Assembly (NCBI GenBank): GCA_043813605.1
Contig: JBDRKX010000096.1
Location: 1 to 50,492, forward strand
Direction: 5' to 3'
Length of the DNA stretch: 50,492 nt
Source: Elusimicrobiota bacterium
GTDB taxonomy: Bacteria; CG03; SLGR01; JBDRKX01
Shown: in pieces, positions 9,459 through 20,900 of the stretch
Position numbering within the stretch: position 1 is the first letter of the stretch
Layout: each line of letters opens with the position of its first letter
Translations under genes and position numbers: made by a program
Notes under the pieces: model-generated
Databases searched by the model: none
The model's input: only the letters and a program-made list of their open reading frames with translations
Told to the model about the DNA's origin: nothing

Positions 9459-11096
9459 TTATATCGACTCCTTTTTCATTTTCTGATAACTCTCCCGAGA
9501 ATATCTGAGAAAATAGTTTGTTGTCGCAAAAGCCATATACGCAGCAAGGATAAAAAGGATAATCGCTATTATGCTCAGCATATAGTTATCTTCCGACATG
9601 AATACTTTTATTTTCCAGATCAGCGCACCTCCAACCGTCACTATCATTATGACAGCAGGTACCAGCGTATAGACTGTTTTCCTGTTTTTTGAAAGCAGGT
9701 ACGCACTGATAGCCAGAAGCACAAGAGCTGCAATAAGCTGGTTCGCCGCTCCGAACATCGGCCATATTTTTTTATAGTTGTTTGTAAGAGAATACGCAAC
9801 CAGTACGACAGTCAATGTTGACAGATACTTGTTCTTTATCCTGAAGAGGCTTTCTGTAAGATACCTGGTTATCCTTGTAGCTGTATCAAGCGTGGTTATA
9901 ATAAAAGCGTTCAGGATAGTGGCAGCTACGAGCGTGCCCAGTCCTCCGAGTATGGGAAGTGTAAGCTGACCGAATCCTTCACTGAACGCCACTATTTGAC
10001 CCTTCTTAAACATTTCGGAATAGACAGGCCCTTCTGATCCCGGGTTCCAATGCAGCCCCGCAGCCACAGCTATGACTGCAAGTACCGCCAGAGCTGCTTC
10101 CACTACCATCCCGCCGTATCCGATCTTTTTTATATCTTTCTCACTTGAGATCTGCTTAGCAGTAGTCCCTGACGCTACAATCGAATGGAACCCGCTGATA
10201 GCGCCGCATGCTATAGTTACGAACATCATCGGCCAGAGGGGGCCTTCAGGTGAACCTATTGCCACAAAAGCCGGTGCGCGCATAGGCGGATGACTGATAA
10301 AAATCCCGGCATATCCTATGAGAAGTCCAAAGAAAAGCAGAAAAGTGGAAATATAATCCCTCGGCTGCAGCAGTATATTAACAGGCAGTATTGAAGCGGC
10401 ATACGCATAAACAAGCAGAACGATAGTCCATATCTTTCCTGCTGTCGCCGCATCAGAAGCGATAATGACAGGAAGATTATATCCAAGAACCAACAATCCT
10501 GAAAGAGCCGCTATACCTATCACCGTAGCCGCGGCCTGAGATACAGATGTCCTGTAGATAAGGTAACCTACTATCACTGCAATAGGTATTATACCGAGTG
10601 CAGGGATCACGATCTGCGGTTTGACTGCCAGTGTCATACCGCCAGCAGCTGCAAATATCGCTACAACCAGTATAAGTAACAGCCACAAGAGAAGACTGAA
10701 TACCATCCTGAATCTCTTTCCCACTGTCTCATCGAATATATGATCGATCGTTTTGCCTCCGTTCCTGACAGAGACCATGAGCGATGAGAAATCGTGCACA
10801 GCTCCCATAAAGAGCGTACCGAAAACTATCCAGATCAGTCCGCCCAGCCAGCCCCAGTATATACACGCTATTACAGGACCGATTATCGGAGCCGCGCCGG
10901 CTATGGACGCAAAATGATGCCCGAAAAGTATAGTCCAGTGTTTTGCCGGCACATAATCTATACCGTCGTTTATCTCATTCGCCGGCGTTTTTCTTTCAGG
11001 ATCGACTTCCCAGAATTTTTCCATAAAGCCGCCGTAAAATTTGTATCCGACAGAAAGTATTATCAAACTTGAAATAGCGACAACTGTTGAGTTCAT
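9459..11096 (-). CDS. cstA: Carbon starvation protein A family transporter
   Basis: TPA..NDGIDYVP, FGHHFASIAGAAPIIGP, IACGAISGFHS motifs. Confidence 0.95.
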   Translation of the reverse strand: MNSTVVAISSLIILSVGYKFYGGFMEKFWEVDPERKTPANEINDGIDYVPAKHWTILFGHHFASIAGAAPIIGPVIACIYWGWLGGLIWIVFGTLFMGAVHDFSSLMVSVRNGGKTIDHIFDETVGKRFRMVFSLLLWLLLILVVAIFAAAGGMTLAVKPQIVIPALGIIPIAVIVGYLIYRTSVSQAAATVIGIAALSGLLVLGYNLPVIIASDAATAGKIWTIVLLVYAYAASILPVNILLQPRDYISTFLLFFGLLIGYAGIFISHPPMRAPAFVAIGSPEGPLWPMMFVTIACGAISGFHSIVASGTTAKQISSEKDIKKIGYGGMVVEAALAVLAVIAVAAGLHWNPGSEGPVYSEMFKKGQIVAFSEGFGQLTLPILGGLGTLVAATILNAFIITTLDTATRITRYLTESLFRIKNKYLSTLTVVLVAYSLTNNYKKIWPMFGAANQLIAALVLLAISAYLLSKNRKTVYTLVPAVIMIVTVGGALIWKIKVFMSEDNYMLSIIAIILFILAAYMAFATTNYFLRYSRESYQKMKKESI

Positions 11097-11111
11097 TGTC
11101 CCCTCTTCATG

Positions 11112-13906
11112 TTACCAGGTTATATAACCGCTGGAAAGCATCCAGTAGGATTTCCAGTCGGGCCTGTCGTAAGGCCTTGCGAATTCGGCGCTTATAAAAA
11201 TCGGGGCAAGCTGGACCAGGTACAAATTAAGATTGAAACCAAATCCCCACGATGCCCCTATCTTATCCGAGGTTTGCGGAAAGACATCATCCCAGCAGGT
11301 ACCTGCGTCCGTGAAAAGTTTGAGAGAAAGGCTGTAAATATTCAGATCCGGCCACATAAAGTATATGTGCCCTCCTATATGCGGGACCAGCATAAACCTT
11401 ACTTCATTGCTCAATGACAGAAGATTGTCGCCGGAGAACATTGATCCGCCGTAACCTCTCAGGGTATAGGCTGGAATATTGATAATACCCGGGCTTGTAC
11501 CCAGTTCGATTTTCTTCCTGTCTTCTCCTTCCACCCTGGCAAGAAACATCCGGCTGGCCCAGGTGAGCCTGTGACTGAACGGTATGTATTTTCTCAGCAT
11601 GCATTCATACCTGTTATATGTAACGCCCCTCTTTTCCAGCGGTCTTGCAGCGTACGCCGAAAGGGAAAAAAGACTTCCTCTTAATACATTGAATGGTTCG
11701 AGCAGAGCCGTCTCCCTGGCTATTCCTATGCCGGCGCCAGTTTCAGTCTCATGAGTATCAGTTCCTGCTGTCTCGTCTTTTTCATCTATGCCGGCTGCGG
11801 TATACCAGTTTGACAGCGAGATATAGGAATCGACCGGATACCGGATACCCAGCGTAACACCGTTGTAATACTCACTCTTTTCGAACTCGTTGTCCAATTC
11901 GTCTATCTCAATATACTCCTCGCCTGCCGCCGTAGCCCTGATAGTCATATCAGGCCGCCATTTACTGATAGAATATCCGGCAGAGATATCATAAGTGCCG
12001 GGCCATACCCATCCCAGTATGTCGATACTATGCTGTCCGAGAATATCAGACGCCCTGTAGTACCCGCCTCCTATAAACCCTATATCGGTAGAATAGAGGA
12101 AACTCGGGAAAAAGAAATCCGTGGAAAACCTTTTACGGAAATCTCCCGTGCTGCAGGCAGTACCTTCGAGCGGAGGCACCTGACACATATCAATATAGTC
12201 GCGCTCATTCTTTGTCGCGGGTTTTGCATCGAGCCGGTTGAAAGACAATATTTTGAAACTTCCATCGTAATAGCATGACGCCAAAATCTTTCCGTCATCT
12301 GCCTGGCCGGGAGCGAATATTCCTTCCCTGACATTAGTAAGCGGATACGATGTCGACTTCGAAATTTCATACCTGCAAAGATTATAGACGGAATTTCTGT
12401 CAGAAGAAAAGATAATATCACCGGCAGAATCGTATATAGCGTGGATCTCGTTAGCCGGTGTCTCTGTAAGCCACCGTATATTACCTGTGTTTATATCGAC
12501 GAGACGCATGTCCGTATTCATATTTCTTTCAGTCGAAACAAGTATAGCGTTTCCGTCCGGAGAAAACACCGGTGCATAATCTATCATGCTGTCATTAGTC
12601 AGCCGTACCGTTTTCCCGGATGCTATTATGTAGACATATATATTCCTGGCACCGTTTTGAAGCGCTGTAAACACTATGCTTCTGCTGTCAGGAGACAGAG
12701 CCGGAGACCTTGGTTCATTCAATCCAGTGTATATCTTTTCAAGTTTCTCAGTACGGCTGTTGTAGAGTGCCAGATACTCCTTCTGCTTTTCGTTAAAAGC
12801 AAAAACAAGCATCTCTGAATCCCGGTTATAATCTATTGTGCGGTCATATATTCTCCCGCTGACTATCCATCGGACTTTTGTGGTAAAAAAATCTTTGAGA
12901 ATCCTTTTGTCTTTTTTGTTCTTATGCAGGTATATCTCGTTTTTCAGCCATCTGTCGCTTATATAGTAGAACGAGTCAGCGCCCGCCGGGACAGGATTCC
13001 GGCTGTGATACTTGTCAGCTATTTCAATATCCGACACATCACACAGGAAGTCCTTACCGCGGATAAACTCATCAACGCGTTTCTTGAGGTCTTTTCTCCA
13101 CTTGATATCAAAATCATTCATGCTTGCAAAAGTCGCGGCGGCAGTTTCAAAAGCCTTCACAGGATCCATGTTATTGCGCAGGGCTTTAAGCAACTTGAAA
13201 TGTATATCTTCACCTTCGTTTTTAACCAGAAAATCAACTGCAGAATGTCCTTCTTTGTAAGCAAGGTAGACATCCCTGTAAAGCGCATTGAAATTCTGCA
13301 GTTCCCTTATATTGTACAGCCTGTCATACATAACGGCATCGCGCAGTATCATCCTGTCATATGATGACCAGGGACGGTCGAGGACACTATGCGAGACGCT
13401 CTCGGCCATTCCCTCCATTATCCATAAAGGGACAAGCCCTGACATGGTTTTTACAAGCCTGGCGGATTTCCAGAAACCTCCGTGCAATATCTCGAACTGT
13501 GTAATATGTACATACTCATGCGCTATAAGGTGTGTCATATCGTAACGGGAATAACTCACGGGGATGACCAGCCTGTTCTTAAAAAACTCCGAAAAACCTT
13601 CTACACCGGTTTCTGCTGCAGCTATTCTGTTCTGTTCAAAATGGTTATGGTCATAATAGAGAAATACCGGAGTTTTTCTTTCAAACTCGACATTCAGGAT
13701 CTCGCTGATCCTGCGGTGCATTTCATCCAGTATGCGTATATAACCATCGATATCGAACTCCTGGCCGGCAGGTTTATAATGATATATTTCGAGGTTATCT
13801 GTTTGAGCTGTCTTCCAGTCGAAACTGTCTATCCTGAGCTGGTTATATGAATAGCAGCTTGAATTCAGGAAGTATAAAAAAAAAAGAAAAGAACGGTTTT
13901 TCGCAT
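11112..13906 (-). CDS. Outer-membrane fusion protein (zincin-like HExxH domain + TolB/PD40 propeller + Omp85-type barrel), frameshifted at a T10 tract
   Basis: HEYVH...EGMAE; SPALSPD/APVFSPDG repeats; LRGY and FTDAG barrel motifs; terminal W. The signal-peptide ATG at 13906 is in frame only if the tract at 13876-13885 is T11 (or T8). Confidence 0.75.
13876..13885 (-). repeat. T10 homopolymer in the signal-peptide coding region
   Basis: A10 on + at 13876-13885. Confidence 0.9.
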
Positions 13907-13911
13907 CCCGC

Positions 13912-15573
13912 TCAGCCGGTCAAACCGTCCAGTTTGTCACCTAGCAGATCCTTGAGCGTAGCACCTGATTCTTTAGAAGGTTCGGAGTATTTTTTAAGTT
14001 CTTCTTTCTGGTCATCTTCTACCATTGCCCTGACACTGACTTCGATAAGGTTCTGCTCCGGTTTATTGGAGATGATCTTGCAGACGATTTTCTGCCCGGC
14101 TTCAAGTTTTTCCCGCAGATCATCAACCCTTTCTCTGGCATAATTCGAAACATGCAGGTAAGCCTCCAGCTTGTCATCCAGTTTAAGATAAGCTCCGGAG
14201 CGCTGAACATTCTTTATCTCAAGTTCCATACTGTTCCCGACCGGGTATGCATTAAAAGGATTATCTTCAAGCTGCTTGAGCCCGAGAGATATCTTCTGTT
14301 TATCCTGTTCTATACCAAGGATCTTTACTTTTACCGTATCCCCTACCTGGACGAATTCCGATACGTCTTTTACAGTCTTGTTCCATGAGAAATCCGATAT
14401 ATGGATGAGTCCTTCAACACCTTCTTTCAGCATCATAAAAGCTCCGAAATCGGTGATATGTGTTATCTCTCCCTCGATTATATTACCAGCCTGGTAATTG
14501 CTGGCAACCTCATCCCATGGATTAGGCTGTGTCTGTTTCAGGCTCAATGCTATTTTTTTGTTCTCCTGATCGATTTCAAGTATCTTCACCTTGACAGTAT
14601 CGCCATTAGAGAGCGCGTCGCCGGCATGTTTGACATCCTTTATCCATGATATCTCTTCCACTTTTATGAGCCCTTCAACCCCCGATTCGAGCTCGACGAA
14701 CGCCCCGTATGTCGTGGTACCTGTCACCTTTCCTTCCACATTGTTGCCTACCGCGTATCTTTCTTCTATGTTCTCCCATGGATGAGGCTTCGTTTCCTTG
14801 AGACTAAGTGCGATCTTATTTGAATTTGGATTAAAGCTCTTGACCTTTATCTCTATTTCATCACCTACTTTCACGACATCTTCCACATTCTCTACATGTC
14901 CCCACGAAAGTTCACTGATATGGAGAAGCCCGTCAATCCCCCCGAGGTCGATGAAAGCGCCAAAACTCTTTATTCCCGTAACCCGGCCTTTTATTATCTT
15001 TCCGGGATAAAGCTGATCAAAAAGTTCTTCTCTCTTTCTCCTGACATCTTCTTCTATGGCTTTCCTCCAGGATACCACAATATTCTTTTCCCTGCGGTCA
15101 AAATCAATGATCTTACAGGGAACAGTAGTACCTATGACAGTATCGAGATTTTTTACCATAGGGTATCCCACAAGTGAAGCCGGCATGAATGCCTTAACCC
15201 CGCTTATATCAACGATGAGACCGCCCTTTACTTTCTTTTCAAGCTTGGCATCCAGTACGAGCTCGTCTCTGAAAGCGGCCTCAAGGCCCTCCATATTCTG
15301 TTCCTGCTGTGCTTTCCTGTATGAAAGTATCGGCTGGCTGTCAAAACTCCTTTTAACGACGAAGACCTCTATGACATCTCCCTCTTTTACCTCTATATCA
15401 GCAAACTCCGCAAGCGGTATCACACCTTCAGATTTAAATCCTGCATCTATCAGGACCGTACCCTTATCCTTGTTTACTTCAATAACAGTTCCGTTCACGA
15501 TCCTGCTTTTCAGCTGTTGCGTGTTTTCTACATGTCTTACGACATCCTCCATGCTCATTTTTTCTTCTGCCAT
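13912..15573 (-). CDS. rpsA: 30S ribosomal protein S1
   Basis: Six S1 repeats (FGAFIDLGGIDGLLHISELSW etc.). Confidence 0.97.
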   Translation of the reverse strand: MAEEKMSMEDVVRHVENTQQLKSRIVNGTVIEVNKDKGTVLIDAGFKSEGVIPLAEFADIEVKEGDVIEVFVVKRSFDSQPILSYRKAQQEQNMEGLEAAFRDELVLDAKLEKKVKGGLIVDISGVKAFMPASLVGYPMVKNLDTVIGTTVPCKIIDFDRREKNIVVSWRKAIEEDVRRKREELFDQLYPGKIIKGRVTGIKSFGAFIDLGGIDGLLHISELSWGHVENVEDVVKVGDEIEIKVKSFNPNSNKIALSLKETKPHPWENIEERYAVGNNVEGKVTGTTTYGAFVELESGVEGLIKVEEISWIKDVKHAGDALSNGDTVKVKILEIDQENKKIALSLKQTQPNPWDEVASNYQAGNIIEGEITHITDFGAFMMLKEGVEGLIHISDFSWNKTVKDVSEFVQVGDTVKVKILGIEQDKQKISLGLKQLEDNPFNAYPVGNSMELEIKNVQRSGAYLKLDDKLEAYLHVSNYARERVDDLREKLEAGQKIVCKIISNKPEQNLIEVSVRAMVEDDQKEELKKYSEPSKESGATLKDLLGDKLDGLTG

Positions 15574-15588
15574 TCTACCTCACCTCTT

Positions 15589-16437
15589 TTATAGATTTTT
15601 GCTTTTAAGCAAATTTATTCTTTCTTCGACTTCTCCCACTAGTTCCAGTGGTGTTGAAGCGCCGGTCATAATGCCGATCTTCACTTTTCCTTTTAGCCAT
15701 TTATACTTAATTTCGTCGGGAATTTCAATATGATAGGTCTCCAGCTTTTCCCTGCCTATCTCGTACAGCCTTTTTGTATTGGAACTGTTCTTCCCTCCTA
15801 CTATTAATAAAAGATCTAGCGATTCTGTCAGCCCGTAAAGTTCTTCCTGCCTGTTTACAGTCTCCTCGCAGATGGTATTATGCATCTTCAGGACTTTCGC
15901 TTTTTTCAGGAGCTCTCCGACGATCTCAAAAAACCTGCTCTTCCTGAATGTTGTCTGCGCAAGTACCCCGGCGTCTTCGATATCACCTATATCATCCAGT
16001 TCTTCCAGCGATGATATTACCTTTCCCTTGTTGCTGGCCCTTGAAAGTATACCAATGACTTCCGGATGCGACTTGATACCGACTATATAAACAGTAGAGT
16101 AATCTACCGCCAGATCTTCGCATATCCTGTGCGCTCTTTTAACTTTTGGGCAGGTAGCGTCAATTATATCAAGCCCCCGGGCCCTCAACTCTGATTCTTT
16201 TTCTGCGGTGATACCGTGACTTCTTATCAGGACTGTCCCCGGCGCTTCCAGATCATCAAAATCGCTTATCTGTATTATATTATTTTTTTCGAGTTTTTCA
16301 ACAACCTGGGGATTATGTATTATGGGCCCGAGCGTATATACCTTACCCCTCGCTGAAGCCTCTGCTGCCATTGTTATGGCCCTCGTGACTCCCGAACAGA
16401 AACCGCAGTATTTTCCTTTTACTATCTCAAAGTTCAT
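15589..16437 (-). CDS. ispH: 4-hydroxy-3-methylbut-2-enyl diphosphate reductase
   Basis: GFCSGV.RA, IIHN, SHG, DATCP, NTIC, SSNT, GASTP motifs. Confidence 0.97.
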   Translation of the reverse strand: MNFEIVKGKYCGFCSGVTRAITMAAEASARGKVYTLGPIIHNPQVVEKLEKNNIIQISDFDDLEAPGTVLIRSHGITAEKESELRARGLDIIDATCPKVKRAHRICEDLAVDYSTVYIVGIKSHPEVIGILSRASNKGKVISSLEELDDIGDIEDAGVLAQTTFRKSRFFEIVGELLKKAKVLKMHNTICEETVNRQEELYGLTESLDLLLIVGGKNSSNTKRLYEIGREKLETYHIEIPDEIKYKWLKGKVKIGIMTGASTPLELVGEVEERINLLKSKNL

Positions 16438-16446
16438 TAGTAATGA

Positions 16447-16474
16447 ATTATACTTAATTAAATATTATAATCAA
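16447..16474 (-). promoter_or_regulatory. sigma70 promoter directly before the ispH ATG
   Basis: TTGATT-N16-TATAAT, with the -10 ending 9 nt before the ATG; no SD. Confidence 0.5.
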
Positions 16475-16510
16475 GGCCGGTCTAAAGCGGTAAATAAATA
16501 AAACAGGATC

Positions 16511-17941
16511 CTATTCTGATATACTCTTAATATCTTTTTCCGAGATCAGACGGTCGGTCATCCTCATCCATTCAGTCGTCAGGATCTTCAGTTGGACCGA
16601 ATGAAGTATTTTATTGAATCTGTTTTCATCGACACGGTTAGCGGCATCAATAAAATCATTTAACGACACTTTACCGTAAGCATAATTGACAGTTTCGTCT
16701 TCGAGTATGGACTCCGCCAGCCGGATCTTCTTCTCGGCTATTAATATCAGTTTCTTCTCTCTCTCTATCTGCTGGAAAAGGTTTCTGAGATCAGTCTCCA
16801 GTTCGAGATATTTATTATCATTGGAGACCTTTATTTTTCTATGAGCGATCTTTGATGTTTCATATTCAGCCCTTTCCTTCTGGCCGGGCAGAGGCCATGT
16901 CATGGATATGCCGGCATATACAGTCTGTTGGCGATCTTTTAAGGTGATATCATCACCTTCCACCGCATATCCGAAAAGAAGATCAGCAGACGGCAGAAGT
17001 TCATTAGCATCTTTTGCCACTTCTAAAGAACTCTTTTCTTCCAGAATACCCAGTATCCTGTAAGTCCTGCTTGTGTGTTTGAATGTACTGAAGTCATCTT
17101 CGAATGCTATTTCCCTGTTTTCAAACATAAAGGGATCCGACGGCTGAAGCACTTCATCTGTTCCCGAACGTACAGCCTGTCTTATAAAATTATGGATATT
17201 GTCATATCTTTCCTGCAATCTGATCAGATCTTCTTTTTTTGCCAATGACTGTATCTCTATTTTATTTACATCTATAGGGAGCGCTATGTTATTTTCCCTT
17301 CTTTTTTTTATGTTATCGAGCAAAGAAATATTCTTTTTATATGATATTTCCCCTATCTTCAGATTCTCGTAGGCCGAAAACCAGTTATAATACGCCGTTA
17401 TCACTGCTGCCAGGTAATCTTCATACGCCTCTACAACCTGGTGTCCGGTAATGTCGGTTTCCAATCCCGTTATCTTGTCCAGTAATACAGTCGCCTTCCC
17501 GAAAGCGTTTTCCGCGATCGGCTGAGATATAAGCAGAGTTATTTCTGAACTGTTTTTATCCAGGCTGATAGAAGGAGCCGTTGTATATTCTGCTGATATA
17601 TCCGTACCAGTATAGGGGAACAGCCTGTTTAAACCGATTATTAAACGCGGAGCTCCGTCATTGTCTTCTATATTGAGTTCATACTGACTTTTAACTGACA
17701 GGAGAAGATCATCTGCCGGTATCTTAAGAGCCTTTACGTATTTTAAAGACATTCCGTCAAGCAGTATCTCTTCGAAAGTACCGTCGTTCCTGACGGCTTC
17801 TTTTATAAACTCTTCTATTTTCAATATGCGGGCATTACTGCCAGGATCAGTTGCCCGGGCATTAACCGGGGATATCCGACAGCACAGCATAATTAAAAAT
17901 AGAACTGCCTTAACATAATTTATTTTCATTTGTTTATTCAT
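16511..17941 (-). CDS. TolC-family outer membrane channel
   Basis: Signal peptide from ATG 17941 (8-nt overlap with the RND stop); OEP-like repeats (ISQPI, AYYNW, E...Y.YGKVS..DF). Confidence 0.8.
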   Translation of the reverse strand: MNKQMKINYVKAVLFLIMLCCRISPVNARATDPGSNARILKIEEFIKEAVRNDGTFEEILLDGMSLKYVKALKIPADDLLLSVKSQYELNIEDNDGAPRLIIGLNRLFPYTGTDISAEYTTAPSISLDKNSSEITLLISQPIAENAFGKATVLLDKITGLETDITGHQVVEAYEDYLAAVITAYYNWFSAYENLKIGEISYKKNISLLDNIKKRRENNIALPIDVNKIEIQSLAKKEDLIRLQERYDNIHNFIRQAVRSGTDEVLQPSDPFMFENREIAFEDDFSTFKHTSRTYRILGILEEKSSLEVAKDANELLPSADLLFGYAVEGDDITLKDRQQTVYAGISMTWPLPGQKERAEYETSKIAHRKIKVSNDNKYLELETDLRNLFQQIEREKKLILIAEKKIRLAESILEDETVNYAYGKVSLNDFIDAANRVDENRFNKILHSVQLKILTTEWMRMTDRLISEKDIKSISE

Positions 17942-20900
17942 TTGAAGTTCCCGTATTGAAGATCTTTTGTTTAAAAAAACGGATATCCTGACTAAAACTA
18001 TACACGCACGGGACAAGGATAAGCGTTATAAATGTCCCGAATAATAAGCCCCATGTCAGAGCAAGCATCATCTCGGCCAGCATGGCATCATATCCGGTAA
18101 AACCGTATGCTGTTGGCAGAAGGCCTGCAACTGTCGTGACTGTTGTCAACATAACCGCTCTTAACCTCGTTTTTGCTATGGAGGCGATCTGATTATTTGA
18201 ATCCTTTTTCCCGCGGCTGTTATCATAGTTATTAGTCAGTTTAGCAATCATGATTATCGAATCATTGACGACAACCCCGGCTAAACCCACAGCGCCGATA
18301 GCTGCGAAAAATCCGAACAACACCTTGCCATGAAGCCAGAAAGCAAGCACAACACCTATGATCCCGAACGGAATTGCCAGCATGATGATAATTGGCTTCG
18401 TCAACGAACCGAAAACAAGGGTAAGCACAATATATATAAGCAGAACCGCCATGATTATGGCATTGGTAAAATCTCCTGTGGATTCACGCGTATCCTTTAC
18501 TTCTCCTTCAAAATTAAGCATTGTTGTAGGGTGTTTTGACAGTATACCGGGAAACACCCTGCTTTCAAGTTCCTGGGCTATTTCAACCGGTGTTAATTTT
18601 GATTCTTTCCTGATATCAGCATAAATAGTTGTAATCCTCTTTGAGTCTTTTCTTTCAATAGAATTAGGCGTTATAGTCCTGTTAACATCAACAATATCTC
18701 TTAAGGGCACAAGATAATCACCTGTATTTTCTATTGGAAGATCCAGTATCTTGTTTATATCATCCTTCGCCTTGTCAATAATGGTAAACCGCACATCTAC
18801 TTTTTCATCTCCAACCGACAATTCATAAAGTACTGTACCCTGAAGGGCGGCCCTCAGGGTAGAGGAAACGTCCAACGGGTTTATTGACAGGCGTTTTATT
18901 TTTTCGCGCCTGAGGCTGATCTTATATTCCGGATTTTCCATAGGCCGCTCTATCTCGATATTCTCAAGCGCGGGATGCTGTTCCATTGATTTTGAAAGCT
19001 GTTCGGCTACTTCATTTCTTATATTATCGTTGTTTTCCTGGACTATGACCTCTATGGGGCTGCCGCTGCCATGTCCCCAGCGGCTTTTTGTAACAATTAT
19101 TTCTTTAAAATCTTTTATGACCGCAAATTGCGTTTCAAATTCTTTAATGAGCTGCTCCGCCGATTTATCCCGTTTTTCTTTCGGCACTATTTCAATATTC
19201 ATCCGAAATTTATTTTCTTCGACCGCCCTGCCCCACCTGCTTCTTGCTATACTGGTCGTGAATCCTATCACTTCTTTTCCGATATACGGGGTGAGCATAT
19301 CCTCGATCTGTTTTGTTAGCCTGGCTGTTTCAAAACGGTCTACCTCAGGAGCAGCCTCGCCTGATATGGAAATCTGTCTTGTCTCTTCATTCGGGAACAT
19401 GACAAACTTCATCTTTGACTTAACAATATACATTGAAAAAATGAGCAGAAAGATAAAAACAGGGAATACTACCCATTTAAAAGGCAGTATCCTGCTCAGA
19501 AAATTTCCATAGGAATCCTCTACCTTAATAAACCAGTGTGTTTTCTTGGGCCGCGAGATATTTTTTCTGAATTTGCTTACAAGTTTATTAAATCCAGGAA
19601 AAGAAAGGTGCATGTGCCCCGGGAGTATTATAAGCGATTCAAACAGGCTTGCCCCGAGCATGAAGAATATGACCGGTGGAATAAACTGGAGCATCTTGCC
19701 GAACCGGGCGCGGAAAAAGAAAAGAGGGACAAAAGCGATACATGTAGTCAGTATGCTTCCTATTACAGGGGTAAATACAAATGCTGTACCTTCTACAGCA
19801 GCCTTTTCTGACGACATTCCCTCCGAACGCAGCCGGGATATATTCTCCGATACTACAATAGCATCGTCTACGATCATGCCAAGTACTATTATGACTGCTG
19901 AAAGTGTGATATTGTTGATCGTATAGCCCATTATATACGCGCAGATCATAGAAAAGCAAAGCGTAAAAGGGATACCCATCGCCACCCACACTCCCGAGCG
20001 GAAATCAAGGAAGATAAAAAGCATGATGAGTATCAATACAAACCCTATGGAACCGTTCGCCACAACAATGGACAATCTGTTTTTCAGATCTACTGACTCA
20101 TCATCCAGGGCGAACAATTCTATTTCCATACCTTTAAGATTGTTCTTTTGAAAGCTCTTAACCTGCTTTTTCACAGATTCAAGCGCTTCGAGTATGCCGT
20201 ATGAAGTGTTCTTAATCACCCTGAGAACTATGGCTTCGTTGCCGTTGACCTTATTTATCGATTTATTCTTTTCATAACCACGTTTAATACCGGCAACTTC
20301 GTCCAGTTTTACCACATGGCCCTCAAAACCTCCCTGAATGACAAGGTCATTCAATTTTTCAACCGTATCCAGTTCGGAGAGAAGCGTTACTTTAGGCTCA
20401 CCTTTTATCTCGATGTTTCCAGCCGGCTGACGGACATGGTTATTTATTACTTCCCTCATCGCAGTATTAAAAGGAATATCGAATTTTATTAATTTCACCG
20501 GATCAACCATTATCTGTATCTCTTCCTGAAGATATCCTGATTTTTCGATACTGTTTACCTCGGGCAGGTTCAGAAGCTGCTGCTCGAGAGTATATGCGTA
20601 CTGCTGCAGCTGTCTGCGCGATTCGATATCAAGTAAGTGCCTGGTGGTATCAATCAGCACTATGTCAATGATCGCCATTTTTGTAGTCTTCCACACATGT
20701 ACTTCAGGGTCATCCCTGACATCAGCGGGCAGCTGTACATCCAGGACAGCATTCCTCACTTCCATTAATGCTCCATCCATATCAGGGTAATTCTGCTCGA
20801 AATCAATAGATATGTTGCATCCGCCGTCGCTGGAAGTACTCGTAATCCTGTAGACGCCGTCAAGCCCTTTTACCGCGTCTTCGAGCGGTCTGGTTACGAA

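Noticed and set aside
15056..15733. 225-aa plus-strand ORF and similar antisense ORFs (23675-24427, 27679-28347, 43618-44325, 45884-46507)
   Set aside because: Shadows of well-conserved minus-strand genes, with no recognisable motifs
17942..18016. Extended N-termini from the ORF track for TolC (also gltB 33910, sigma 27634, amtB 25267, miaA 42993)
   Set aside because: Downstream ATGs have better SDs or stop/start coupling; the extensions overlap neighbouring genes or RNA leaders
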